DNA from: a virus
IMG/VR virus record: IMGVR_UViG_3300025133_000027
Coordinates: 64,001-128,000 of that record
DNA length: 64,000 bases
Reading direction: 5' to 3' (one strand)
Under the pieces are notes generated by a model. That model did no database searches and was not told the origin of the DNA. It saw only the letters and a program-made list of their open reading frames with translations. Position 1 is the first letter of the stretch, and each line of letters opens with the position of its first letter. Position numbers and translations under genes: made by a program. Positions 9,768 through 18,980 of this stretch are shown piece after piece.

Positions 9768-10121
9768 ATGAAAACCGAAATAAAATTTGTCTCGAAAGGT
9801 TGGGGTTTTGAAAAGTGGATTGTAAATAAAGAAGAATATTGTGGTAAGCTTTTATTCTTCGCAAAAGGAAAGAAGTGTTCGTGGCACTTTCACAAATTAA
9901 AAGACGAAGTTTTTTATATCCAATCTGGGAAAGTAACTGTTCATTTTTCTAGCGGAGATGATCTTACCAAGTCAGAAAATCTTCTCCTTCGCAAAGGAGA
10001 TAACTTTCACGTACCAATTGGAATGCGACACCGGATAGAAGCTCACGAAGATTCCGAAGTGTTTGAGTTTTCAACCCAGCATTTCGATACAGATAGCCAT
10101 AGAATAGAAAAAGGAGATTAA
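9768..10121 (+). CDS. Cupin (mannose-6-phosphate isomerase/sugar isomerase-like)
   Basis: KGWGFE, SWHFHKLKDE metal motif, PIGMRH. Confidence 0.85.
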   Translation: MKTEIKFVSKGWGFEKWIVNKEEYCGKLLFFAKGKKCSWHFHKLKDEVFYIQSGKVTVHFSSGDDLTKSENLLLRKGDNFHVPIGMRHRIEAHEDSEVFEFSTQHFDTDSHRIEKGD

Positions 10122-10122
10122 A

Positions 10123-10350
10123 ATGGATACTAAAATGGAATTTAAGGAAATGAAGCTATCGACTCAAGCACTAGGTGCCTTGATGATGGCACTACAAAAG
10201 TCCCTACTTGAGCAATCGGACATTACCCCCGTCCTACAAGGCTTTAGCTTTGTCGATACAGAAGAGGGTCTCTGGATTAAGAACCCGCCTCTAGTCAAGT
10301 TTGACTGGCTCAAGGTCGATGAGAATGGAGACGAAGTACAGGATGCCTAA
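10123..10350 (+). CDS. Hypothetical protein
   Basis: ORF with AGGAG RBS, contiguous with neighbours. Confidence 0.65.
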   Translation: MDTKMEFKEMKLSTQALGALMMALQKSLLEQSDITPVLQGFSFVDTEEGLWIKNPPLVKFDWLKVDENGDEVQDA

Positions 10351-10573
10351 GTATTCTTACGAATGTGAAGAGTGCTCCCATACGTGGGAAGAGAGGTGCA
10401 GGATGGGAAAGTCTCCTAAGGGCTGCCCATCCTGCACCTCTCTTTTTTTTACAAAACTTCCACCTACGATGACATATGTAAAAAGTAAGAGAGTCGATGT
10501 TGTCAACCTGATTGATAAGTCAACCGAAGAGCTCAAAGCACAAAAAGACAATTTTAAAAGGAGAGAGTTATAA
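10343..10573 (+). CDS. FmdB-family zinc-ribbon protein
   Basis: MPKYSYECEECSH...CPSC; start 10343 (MPxY). Confidence 0.85.
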   Translation: MPKYSYECEECSHTWEERCRMGKSPKGCPSCTSLFFTKLPPTMTYVKSKRVDVVNLIDKSTEELKAQKDNFKRREL

Positions 10574-10908
10574 TGACATTTTTAATAGTAATGTTAGTTT
10601 TGACAACAGTGTTTCTCATACTTTCACTTGCAATAAACATCGCAGCATTTTGGTATCTTAAGCAGTTGCTTAAATCTTATCGAAATATGGGTAATGCTAT
10701 TCTTAAGATGAGAGACGTGATGCATGAATTCGCAGAACACATTAGTTCCATGTATAAGAAAGAATTATATCGAGGAGATCCAACTATTCGAGGAATAGTT
10801 GCCCATGCTAAAGAGGTGGTCGAAGAAATCAATCTTTTCGCTGGTTCAATAGTAATAGAGGAAAACGAGGAGAGACCCAATGGCGGCAACGACACCGAAG
10901 AAGACTAA
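10573..10908 (+). CDS. Membrane-anchored hypothetical protein
   Basis: N-terminal hydrophobic helix followed by an amphipathic/coiled region. Confidence 0.65.
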   Translation: MTFLIVMLVLTTVFLILSLAINIAAFWYLKQLLKSYRNMGNAILKMRDVMHEFAEHISSMYKKELYRGDPTIRGIVAHAKEVVEEINLFAGSIVIEENEERPNGGNDTEED

Positions 10909-11584
10909 GACCAAAAAGAACATGTATTTTACAATGGTGCATGAACAAGCAATTCTGGACTATGTGAAGTCTGAAGATAAAGACGAAAAGGAGCGGCTCT
11001 ATATTTCACTCTTAGAGCCCGCCTTTACAGAGATGATTGATAAGATTGTCTATACTTTTAAGTTTAATTCCCTCCCGAATATTGATGTATTAAAACACGA
11101 CTGCCTCTTGCAAGTTGTAAATGTGTTGTGCAAGTATGATAAAGATAGAGGCTCCAAAGCCTTTGCATATTTCTCAGTCATCGTAAAAAATTGGTTTATC
11201 CAACAGACTAAGAAAAATAAGAAACGAATGATTATAGAGCAAGACTCTGATGATAAAATCAGAGAAGCTTATCATAGCCAACTCATAGTCCATAATCCCT
11301 ATCATAAAACAAGAGAACAGCAAGAGTTCATTGACGGCTTAGGTAAACAAATTGTTAACTGGAAAGAAATGCCAAATCTTGGAGTTAATGAATTAAAAGT
11401 TATTCATGCTATCGAACACCTCTTTGCAAATATAAATGAAATAGAATTTTTTAGTAAGAAAGCTATTTATCTATACCTGAGAGAGTTAACTGGGCTTACT
11501 ACAAAAGAGATAGTTGCCGAGTTGACAAAGTTGCGAAAAAGCTATAAAGTCTTTAAAAAAGGGTGGGAACGGTCAGCAGTATGA
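10880..11584 (+). CDS. Late transcription sigma factor, T4 gp55-like
   Basis: N-terminal YF motif, D..L...KYD...KAFAYFSVIVKNWF resembling the gp55 region-2 NPFAYFT motif, C-terminal HTH-like segment. Confidence 0.7.
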   Translation: MAATTPKKTKTKKNMYFTMVHEQAILDYVKSEDKDEKERLYISLLEPAFTEMIDKIVYTFKFNSLPNIDVLKHDCLLQVVNVLCKYDKDRGSKAFAYFSVIVKNWFIQQTKKNKKRMIIEQDSDDKIREAYHSQLIVHNPYHKTREQQEFIDGLGKQIVNWKEMPNLGVNELKVIHAIEHLFANINEIEFFSKKAIYLYLRELTGLTTKEIVAELTKLRKSYKVFKKGWERSAV

Positions 11585-11898
11585 GTAACATGGCAAAACT
11601 AGTAGAAGAAGTAATCGATAATATCAGAGAAGATCGAAATCTCGGAAGAGAGTTGATTGAGGAAATTAGAGAGAAGGTAGATAAAAAATCAGTTCGTTCT
11701 GAAGATGTAGGCCAGACTCTCGGAAAATATCTAGATGTTATGCAGAAATCTAATGAACAACTAGTTAAGTTAACAACCTCTTTATCAAAAAAGATTGATC
11801 CCGAAGATCTTTCTTTATCAAAAGAAGATATGCGCAGTATTTATGATGAAATAAAGAAAGAGGAGAAAGATAAAGAAGAGGCTAAGAGTGAGGATTAA
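11581..11898 (+). CDS. Helical hypothetical protein, possible gp16-like small terminase
   Basis: ATGA overlap with the sigma gene; MQKSNEQLVKL resembles T4 gp16 MTTTNREILKL. Confidence 0.4.
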   Translation: MSNMAKLVEEVIDNIREDRNLGRELIEEIREKVDKKSVRSEDVGQTLGKYLDVMQKSNEQLVKLTTSLSKKIDPEDLSLSKEDMRSIYDEIKKEEKDKEEAKSED

Positions 11899-11901
11899 CA
11901 T

Positions 11902-12519
11902 TTGTCATTTAAGAAGAAAAATAAATTATTTGGTTTAATATCTGGGCATGACGGTGCATATGCAGATATTACAGAATTTCTTATTAAAGAAAGCTTTGTA
12001 AAAGACAAAGATCTCGGAATTACCAAGAAAGTTGGTGTAGTAGTTGACATATCTAGTCCTAATTCCGATGGCGCTGTAGATCCTTTCATATCGATCGCGG
12101 TTGAGCAAATACGAAAACAATCAAACAAGAAGAGAAAAATCTCTACTAGAACAGTGTATGTTCATGTTTTTGATCACTCAACTAAAGAAATTGGTAATTA
12201 TGAATCAGTAGAAATCGACAAACACTTCTGTTTAGCGATCGAATACTTTGGAAAGAAAGCAATTGATGTTGGAAGCCTTGTTCTTGTTGATTTACAAGGC
12301 GGAAGTTCTGTAACTATTTCTGATGTCTATCCAAATACAATGAAATATCAAGCATCTTTAGCTAAAACTAAAAAGAATCCAAAGCAACTTGCAACTTCTG
12401 GTATCTCAATCTCGGATCTCATGGCAGTAAATAAGACTGGTGAGCCTATCACATCTGTTTTTGTGGTTCTAGGAAATGTTAAAACTGAGAATGACCCGAA
12501 ACCGGAGCCTAAGAAATGA
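11902..12519 (+). CDS. Hypothetical protein, probably baseplate hub associated
   Basis: 205-aa TTG-start ORF with GAGG RBS directly upstream of the spike gene. Confidence 0.5.
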   Translation: MSFKKKNKLFGLISGHDGAYADITEFLIKESFVKDKDLGITKKVGVVVDISSPNSDGAVDPFISIAVEQIRKQSNKKRKISTRTVYVHVFDHSTKEIGNYESVEIDKHFCLAIEYFGKKAIDVGSLVLVDLQGGSSVTISDVYPNTMKYQASLAKTKKNPKQLATSGISISDLMAVNKTGEPITSVFVVLGNVKTENDPKPEPKK

Positions 12520-13388
12520 TTAAATTATCACCTAGAAGATTAAATCTAGGCTTTCAAGACGCTGTTGACAATATCAGAGATGAACTTGAAGCTTCTTCAA
12601 ACTATAAAGGCTCTGGTCTTGAAGGTAGTATTTCTACTTATGAAAGTCCAAAGTTAATCAGGCTAGAAAACCAAATACTATACGAACATGTAGACAACCC
12701 AGCAGGGCTTTTGTTAGGAAATGACAAGTTTTACAGAGATAAGAAAGGTAGTCCGGCTCCTGTAACGACTCTTTTTGCAGTAAGTGAGGCATCTGAAGGC
12801 GATGTAGACCTCCGAGATAAGGAATCTCTCCAATTCTCAGCTAGACTTGATGTATCGAGCATGACAGATATAAAAACACCAACTTTACTTGGAGATTTTA
12901 ATGCTAGATCAGCTATAGAAGCATCTGCCGATGTCCTTAATCTCAAGGGCACAGAGTTCGTCCAGATTAAAGCAGGCGGTCGCAGGTATAATTCCAGGGG
13001 CGCACGGGTCGATTCTAGGGCTGAAATCCATCTCTTCACCGAGGGAGCAGGAGAGGTTCAATCTCTACCTATGGGGGATAGCTTAGTGTCCGTTCTTGAA
13101 GATATTATTGAAAGAGTAAGTGAACTTACTGCTACTGTCCAAAAATTACACAGCGAAAGCTTAACATTTAAGACAACCTTGGCAGCACACACTCATATCG
13201 CTCCACTTATCGGGCCAACAACACCTAGCATAGAGCTAATGACAGCAACAATTGCTGGAGCTGTTAATGATGCAACATCAGTTGCAAACATCATTGGTAA
13301 CGTTGCAAATAATATGTTTGTTCCCCAAAAATATCTGAAGCCATACTCACCGAAGAATATCCTCAGCAAAAATGTGAAGATTAACTAA
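12516..13388 (+). CDS. Baseplate central spike-like protein (gp5/gpV C-terminal type)
   Basis: Beta-rich middle region, MGDSL...L helix and AHTH...GPT..P apex (HxH) motif; lies upstream of gp25/gp6. Confidence 0.6.
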   Translation: MIKLSPRRLNLGFQDAVDNIRDELEASSNYKGSGLEGSISTYESPKLIRLENQILYEHVDNPAGLLLGNDKFYRDKKGSPAPVTTLFAVSEASEGDVDLRDKESLQFSARLDVSSMTDIKTPTLLGDFNARSAIEASADVLNLKGTEFVQIKAGGRRYNSRGARVDSRAEIHLFTEGAGEVQSLPMGDSLVSVLEDIIERVSELTATVQKLHSESLTFKTTLAAHTHIAPLIGPTTPSIELMTATIAGAVNDATSVANIIGNVANNMFVPQKYLKPYSPKNILSKNVKIN

Positions 13389-13389
13389 T

Positions 13390-16300
13390 ATGCCTAAACC
13401 AACTATACCAACAGTAACATTTGAAGAAATAAGAGAAATCACTAATAAAAGTGCCTTCTTCAAAGATGAACCATATAAAAGTGGCAAAGATGGCTTAATT
13501 CTTATAAGTGATCCTTTAAAAGAGAGAGATAAACTCGAAGCTCTTACCTTAGTTACAAACTGCCTTAATAGTATTTGGAACTTTAAGCATGTAGAGTTAT
13601 TTACAAATATTGAATACAAAAGCGGTAGTGATAAAGACGTAGTAATGACGCCAGCGTTAGAGACTACAATAAGAAAGATTCAACTTGGAGAATACGAGAC
13701 TCCTTTCTCGCAAGCATTGTCTAAATTTTATAAAATAACAGATGATAATTTAGGTATAATAGATAAAAGAACCTATAATTCAATAGTTTCACACTCTCTA
13801 TATAAGTGGTTTAGAGAGACTTACTTAACCGGGACGAACCTAGGTGACTACCTATCAGAAGGAAAGGCTTCTGACTTGTCTGCTATCAGTTGGGAAAAGA
13901 CTGAAATGGCTTTGGGTGAATCAAGAATCTTTATCGAAAAAAAAGAAGAGCAACCAAAAATTCTTGTTGTATTCAAACAAGCAAAATCTGTTGACGATAT
14001 AAAAGAGAATATAAAAATATACACAGATTGGGCTAGTGACCTTGTAAGAGGTTTTGTTTTTAGAGATACTAAAGACATTAAACCAGAAGTCTTTTACAGA
14101 ACATCACTTAGAGAAGGCACAGATATAACTAAAATCTGTGTCTCATATAACTTTGTTGATGTTTTATTATCTAAGCAAGATGATAGCAGTCAATCGATTG
14201 AGGAAGAAGAGCTTATTAAATTAATTACGAGTTCCAAGGTTTCTATGTATAAAACTTCCTTTAAAGGGGAACTAGGCGTAGACTCAATTAAGACAATTAG
14301 TGAAAAAACCCTAAGACTCTCAGAAAAACTAAAGAGTGAGGTTTCTAACGAGTTTAAGACTGTAGACTTGTTCCTAAAAGAGAAAGAAGACTTAGCAGAA
14401 GAACTAAACAACTATGGAATGGCAGATAAAGAAGAAGCCGTTGCTATAATAGAGAGCGAAGAATACCCATTAAGTATCCCAAATTGGGGAGATGCCCTGG
14501 TAAGTTTATATACAAGAATCTTTGAGATCTATGTTAAGGAAAAGAAAAGAAATCTAAAATTCCTAAACTTCAATAACAAATTGCATGAAGAAGCTATTGA
14601 ATTTTATTACGATAAGAATAGAAACTTGACAGGTATTCTAGCAGAGCCTATTTCTGGTTCAAAAATTAGCTCCAAGAAACCAGAAAAACAATCTATAACA
14701 ATACCTTTTGATGCAACAAACCCAAAATATCAGATTAAAGTTCCAGATTCTAAAAAAGAAAAAAAAGTAATACTTGTTACTGATATTGCACTCAAGAGTG
14801 AAGACTCTAAGAACGATATATTGGTTGTTAATGAGGGAGAGATCTTTCCAAAGCTTAGAGATAACCTATCTTATGTTCTTAAGAGTGAGGAACAGATTAG
14901 TTTTATAAGCAATTATAGTTATCACTTCCCGCTTGTGCCACTAAAATCTATACATAATCTGTTTATGATTAACCAGTCTTTTCTAAAAGAAGATAAACTT
15001 GGTTGGGATACTTTTCTAAGTAAATATCACTACCCATTATTAAACATCCACCCATCAGGAAAGAAAAAAGAAAAAAAAGCAGACCCTTTTGATCTAGATG
15101 GAGCACCAGATTCTAATAAAATAGGGAAGAAAGACTTCGATAAGTCATATGCATATAAGGTTGCATTGGTTCCCGCACTAGTTTCTAAGTATAATTGTTA
15201 TGATGATCTACTTGAGATTATTGACGGAGGGGATCTTCATAGTATCCTTAACTTCTTTTTCGTTAAGTTTCCATGGCAAGAACTCTTGATGAGAGCCATC
15301 ATCGAACATAGAGATCGTCTAGAGTCTCTTGGGGTATCATCTGGCGTGATGGATTGCATTGAGGGAATAGATTTAAATAAGATATTAGCAGCCTATAGAA
15401 ATCTTCTAGCTCTCTGGGACAATAAAGAGAATATTTTAGTTGGCTTGGTTCCTACTTCGCCAACGATTCCGTTCTTAGAATATGTTCAACTAATTGACTT
15501 TACTGCTGAAATGCGCCAGCGTCTTGTTGAAGTAATCGCAGAAGCTCTTCTCACTGCTCTTGAATCCCTTATTGGTTTTGGTGTAAGAGATCTATTGAAT
15601 ATGTGTGACTTAGATCTAGAAGAAATCAATGCCTTGGCTCGTTCAAGAGATAAAAGTGAATCCTTTTCAAAGAATCCGAACCCCAATGGTGGAGGCGCTG
15701 GTGATCCTGGGTATGAAAATAAGGTGAATCACTTTAGTTGTTCTCTTATGGAGATGCTAAAGGATTCTAATACTGATTTTAGTATCATTTTTGGTGAGTT
15801 GAAAACCAGAGCCTTGATTTCAGGTGAAACTGACATATGCGATTTTAAAAAGTATTTAGATTTAGTATCGAAAACCCTAGACGCTACTGAATTACGAAAA
15901 TTACTATCAGGTTCTGCAAATGCAGACACAGTAGATATAGCAATTTCTTTAACGAAAGGAATATTGGCTGGTCCAACTGCTTATAGAACTGGTTCACAGA
16001 GGTTCTTTAAGTATATTGGAAGCTTAGTTAGTACTAAGAAGTGTATTGTAGATGAAGCTAACAGTTTGAATTTTGAAGTTGGAGTCTGCCCGGAAGACAA
16101 ACTTCTTAAGAACAAAAAGCGTATCGAAGGAATGATCAAGAATAAGAATCTTGGGGACGATTACTTAGCTGATATCACAAATGATGCACTAGATGGACTC
16201 GCTCTGCTTTGTAGGCAGTTTAATAACTTAACTGGCGATGTTTTCGAGATATCAGCAAAACTTCCATCTATCATAAATGAATTCGGTAAGAACACTCTCC

Positions 16301-17016
16301 AAAAATCAGTAGACTTTCCCATTTCTAGCTTTAAAGGGCTTAATACCATTCTGAGAGAACAAACCAACCAAGGCTTTAGCTCTAATCCCGATACTCCTGG
16401 CGGCCTTTATGCTATACTCAATAAGATCTATAACCATGATATTGTTAGTGTAACGAAAGTACCCAAGACAGATGTTTTCTATCCTCTGATAGATTTAGAT
16501 AAAAAATATCAGAGTATTAGTGAAGATATATCTATATCTTCAAGCGGGACTATTGTTTTTGGGAAAACGCTCACTGTTGATAAAGATGGTGTTTTAAGGC
16601 ACAACAAAGAAGATACTGAGGTTGAATTGGCACCTGTTATAGTAAATAATGAAGAATATGGCGTTTGTGAGTTTATCATCGAATCAACCTCAAGTGCTCT
16701 TAAGTTGAATAAGGAAGGTGTTCCAAAGTATAATGATTATGTAGACCGTCAAGTAAAAACGACAAATCTTAAAATGTCATCTTTATCATTAGAAGAAGAT
16801 GTTTTAGATATTCTAGGTGATGAGGTACGATTGTCTGAATTGCTAGATAAACTATTTGATCCAAAAAAACATGAAAAAGATTCAGATTATCACAAGAAAT
16901 TTAAAAATGTGGTTCAAGACTCAGGTAAAGACCCGTCAAGAGAAATTGGAAATTTAATGCTTTATAAAAAAATATTAGAGGAAAGTAAGATTTGTGAAAA
17001 AAAGGTGGAGAAATAA
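13390..17016 (+). CDS. Large hypothetical virion protein (1208 aa), possible degenerate N-terminal peptidoglycan-binding domain
   Basis: ETTIRKIQ...GIIDKRTY resembles the PG_binding_1 consensus; baseplate context. Confidence 0.5.
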   Translation: MPKPTIPTVTFEEIREITNKSAFFKDEPYKSGKDGLILISDPLKERDKLEALTLVTNCLNSIWNFKHVELFTNIEYKSGSDKDVVMTPALETTIRKIQLGEYETPFSQALSKFYKITDDNLGIIDKRTYNSIVSHSLYKWFRETYLTGTNLGDYLSEGKASDLSAISWEKTEMALGESRIFIEKKEEQPKILVVFKQAKSVDDIKENIKIYTDWASDLVRGFVFRDTKDIKPEVFYRTSLREGTDITKICVSYNFVDVLLSKQDDSSQSIEEEELIKLITSSKVSMYKTSFKGELGVDSIKTISEKTLRLSEKLKSEVSNEFKTVDLFLKEKEDLAEELNNYGMADKEEAVAIIESEEYPLSIPNWGDALVSLYTRIFEIYVKEKKRNLKFLNFNNKLHEEAIEFYYDKNRNLTGILAEPISGSKISSKKPEKQSITIPFDATNPKYQIKVPDSKKEKKVILVTDIALKSEDSKNDILVVNEGEIFPKLRDNLSYVLKSEEQISFISNYSYHFPLVPLKSIHNLFMINQSFLKEDKLGWDTFLSKYHYPLLNIHPSGKKKEKKADPFDLDGAPDSNKIGKKDFDKSYAYKVALVPALVSKYNCYDDLLEIIDGGDLHSILNFFFVKFPWQELLMRAIIEHRDRLESLGVSSGVMDCIEGIDLNKILAAYRNLLALWDNKENILVGLVPTSPTIPFLEYVQLIDFTAEMRQRLVEVIAEALLTALESLIGFGVRDLLNMCDLDLEEINALARSRDKSESFSKNPNPNGGGAGDPGYENKVNHFSCSLMEMLKDSNTDFSIIFGELKTRALISGETDICDFKKYLDLVSKTLDATELRKLLSGSANADTVDIAISLTKGILAGPTAYRTGSQRFFKYIGSLVSTKKCIVDEANSLNFEVGVCPEDKLLKNKKRIEGMIKNKNLGDDYLADITNDALDGLALLCRQFNNLTGDVFEISAKLPSIINEFGKNTLQKSVDFPISSFKGLNTILREQTNQGFSSNPDTPGGLYAILNKIYNHDIVSVTKVPKTDVFYPLIDLDKKYQSISEDISISSSGTIVFGKTLTVDKDGVLRHNKEDTEVELAPVIVNNEEYGVCEFIIESTSSALKLNKEGVPKYNDYVDRQVKTTNLKMSSLSLEEDVLDILGDEVRLSELLDKLFDPKKHEKDSDYHKKFKNVVQDSGKDPSREIGNLMLYKKILEESKICEKKVEK

Positions 17017-18588
17017 ATGTTAGGATATGACGCAGTAAACGCAGCCCTACAATCTTTAGGAGTAAGAGAACACATATCCTCTTATTTGTCTTTGTATTTC
17101 CTGTTTTCTTTTCCTTCATTCAGCATGATTGAAAAAGAATCTCAGGCAATCAACAAGATTACTGATTATTACATAAAAAAATTCAAAGAAGAATTTAAAC
17201 CAAACTTAAACCTTTTATACTTGGCTGCAATCTTTGATATAGATCCAAAGTATGATTTCGCTAAATATGGGGAAGATGAGAAAGCTTCTTGTAAAATACT
17301 AAAAGAAGGAGAAGGCTACTTAAACCAGATCTTTCAAGAAGTATTAAACGGCTTAATTTCTAAATCAATTATTGGTAAAGAAGGTTTGCCTTCCTACCAG
17401 AGTTATTTGGAAAGCCTCACCCTAATGAATATCCCAACATCTAAGTTCATCACCTATGAACAAGAGTTGACCTATACAACCTCTGCCCCTGGCAAACCGT
17501 TTGTAAATGGTCACTTTTTCAAGTGGGCAAACCCGGTGCCAGCCTTAAGTCATGTGTCAACAATTCTTGAAGGATACCCAGATACTTTCAATTCGATACA
17601 AAGACCGGGTATTAATTTTAATCTTGAAAAATTCAACTTTTTCAATAGTGCATCTTTACCTTCTACGTCTGATCTTTCTTTCTTAGAGTCAAATCAGAAG
17701 TTCTTTTTTGAGTTTTATTTCTTTGGAGATCGTAACTTAAGGAAGGAACGATATCTTTCTTTTGAAGAAGTTTTTATGATGAAAGAGTGGGACAGAAAAT
17801 TTGTGGTGACGGGCATGGGAGTGAGGCTTATGACTTTTATCTCCCCTGAAGAATTTAGTGGCACTCCATATAACACTTGGTTCAAAAACAATTTTTCAAT
17901 TTGGAATATAAATTCTTTTAATGTTTCTTACGAGAAAACAGATTTAGGATACAAGTCAAAGAAAAAGACACAAAGAGATCACATTATAGAAAAAGGAACT
18001 TTCTCTGAAATACTCAAGCAAAAACCCAAGACAGCTATAAATATCATTTCAGAAGAAGAAGGATTAATTTACGATAAGGCAATGGTTGTAAATTATGATA
18101 CATCTGGTTCTCTCGATAAAGAGGGAAAAGCAACCATACCAACAATTCATACGCGATTCCCAGCAATTTTGGTGAATAAGGAAGAGTTTGGCATAGATAG
18201 TTTATTTAATAAAGCGTTTGAGGAAATAGACAAGCTTTCACTTGACAAAATAAACAAATTCCCAGTAGGCGCACCTGGGCAAATGCTAAAAAGCAATATT
18301 GATAATGTGGTAGCCGGGAAGATTGCGGAGACACTTTACAATGATCTTCTTAAGAAAGCAGAAGGATTAACTAGTTTGATTATATCAGATGATAAGACTA
18401 AGAAGTATTTTACAAAAATAATTCCAATCGAAACATTACTTACACTCGGGCCTATTTACTATAGCAGTCTCGCTGAGGAGACTGGTATACGCGAGGAGCT
18501 TAAGAACTTAGATGGTTTTGTGTATAAGGATTACTTAAAGAGTATTAACGATTTATTAGAAAACCTATCTAAATTTGATGAATATTAA
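17017..18588 (+). CDS. Hypothetical protein (baseplate region)
   Basis: 523-aa ORF with GGAG RBS, abutting the previous gene. Confidence 0.65.
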   Translation: MLGYDAVNAALQSLGVREHISSYLSLYFLFSFPSFSMIEKESQAINKITDYYIKKFKEEFKPNLNLLYLAAIFDIDPKYDFAKYGEDEKASCKILKEGEGYLNQIFQEVLNGLISKSIIGKEGLPSYQSYLESLTLMNIPTSKFITYEQELTYTTSAPGKPFVNGHFFKWANPVPALSHVSTILEGYPDTFNSIQRPGINFNLEKFNFFNSASLPSTSDLSFLESNQKFFFEFYFFGDRNLRKERYLSFEEVFMMKEWDRKFVVTGMGVRLMTFISPEEFSGTPYNTWFKNNFSIWNINSFNVSYEKTDLGYKSKKKTQRDHIIEKGTFSEILKQKPKTAINIISEEEGLIYDKAMVVNYDTSGSLDKEGKATIPTIHTRFPAILVNKEEFGIDSLFNKAFEEIDKLSLDKINKFPVGAPGQMLKSNIDNVVAGKIAETLYNDLLKKAEGLTSLIISDDKTKKYFTKIIPIETLLTLGPIYYSSLAEETGIREELKNLDGFVYKDYLKSINDLLENLSKFDEY

Positions 18589-18590
18589 TT

Positions 18591-18980
18591 ATGGCACAAG
18601 GAATATCACTAGACTTACCAATAAGGACTGACAAAATCGATGGACACTATGTGCTCACCAAATCCCTAGAAGATACAGTCCGTAATAATTTCAAAAACCT
18701 AATCTTAACCGTAAGAGGCGAACGTATAATGGATCCTGAATTTGGTGTCGGGGTTCATCAGTTGTTGTTTGAAAACTCATCTACTTCGCTATTGGATGCT
18801 CTGGAAGGTGCAATTATTTCGCAGACAGCCAGATACTTGCCATTCGTTCAGATTATAAACGTAGAAATAAATAATTTATCGGATGATAATAAGCTTGAGT
18901 TACGGATTAATTATCTAATTAAACCGTTGAGTGTTAACGATGTATTAGCTATTAATATTTCTAAAGGAACAATTAGATAA
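18591..18980 (+). CDS. gp25: Baseplate wedge subunit, gp25-like
   Basis: NFKNLILTVRGERIMDPEFGVG..LLFE, YLPFV. Confidence 0.92.
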   Translation: MAQGISLDLPIRTDKIDGHYVLTKSLEDTVRNNFKNLILTVRGERIMDPEFGVGVHQLLFENSSTSLLDALEGAIISQTARYLPFVQIINVEINNLSDDNKLELRINYLIKPLSVNDVLAINISKGTIR

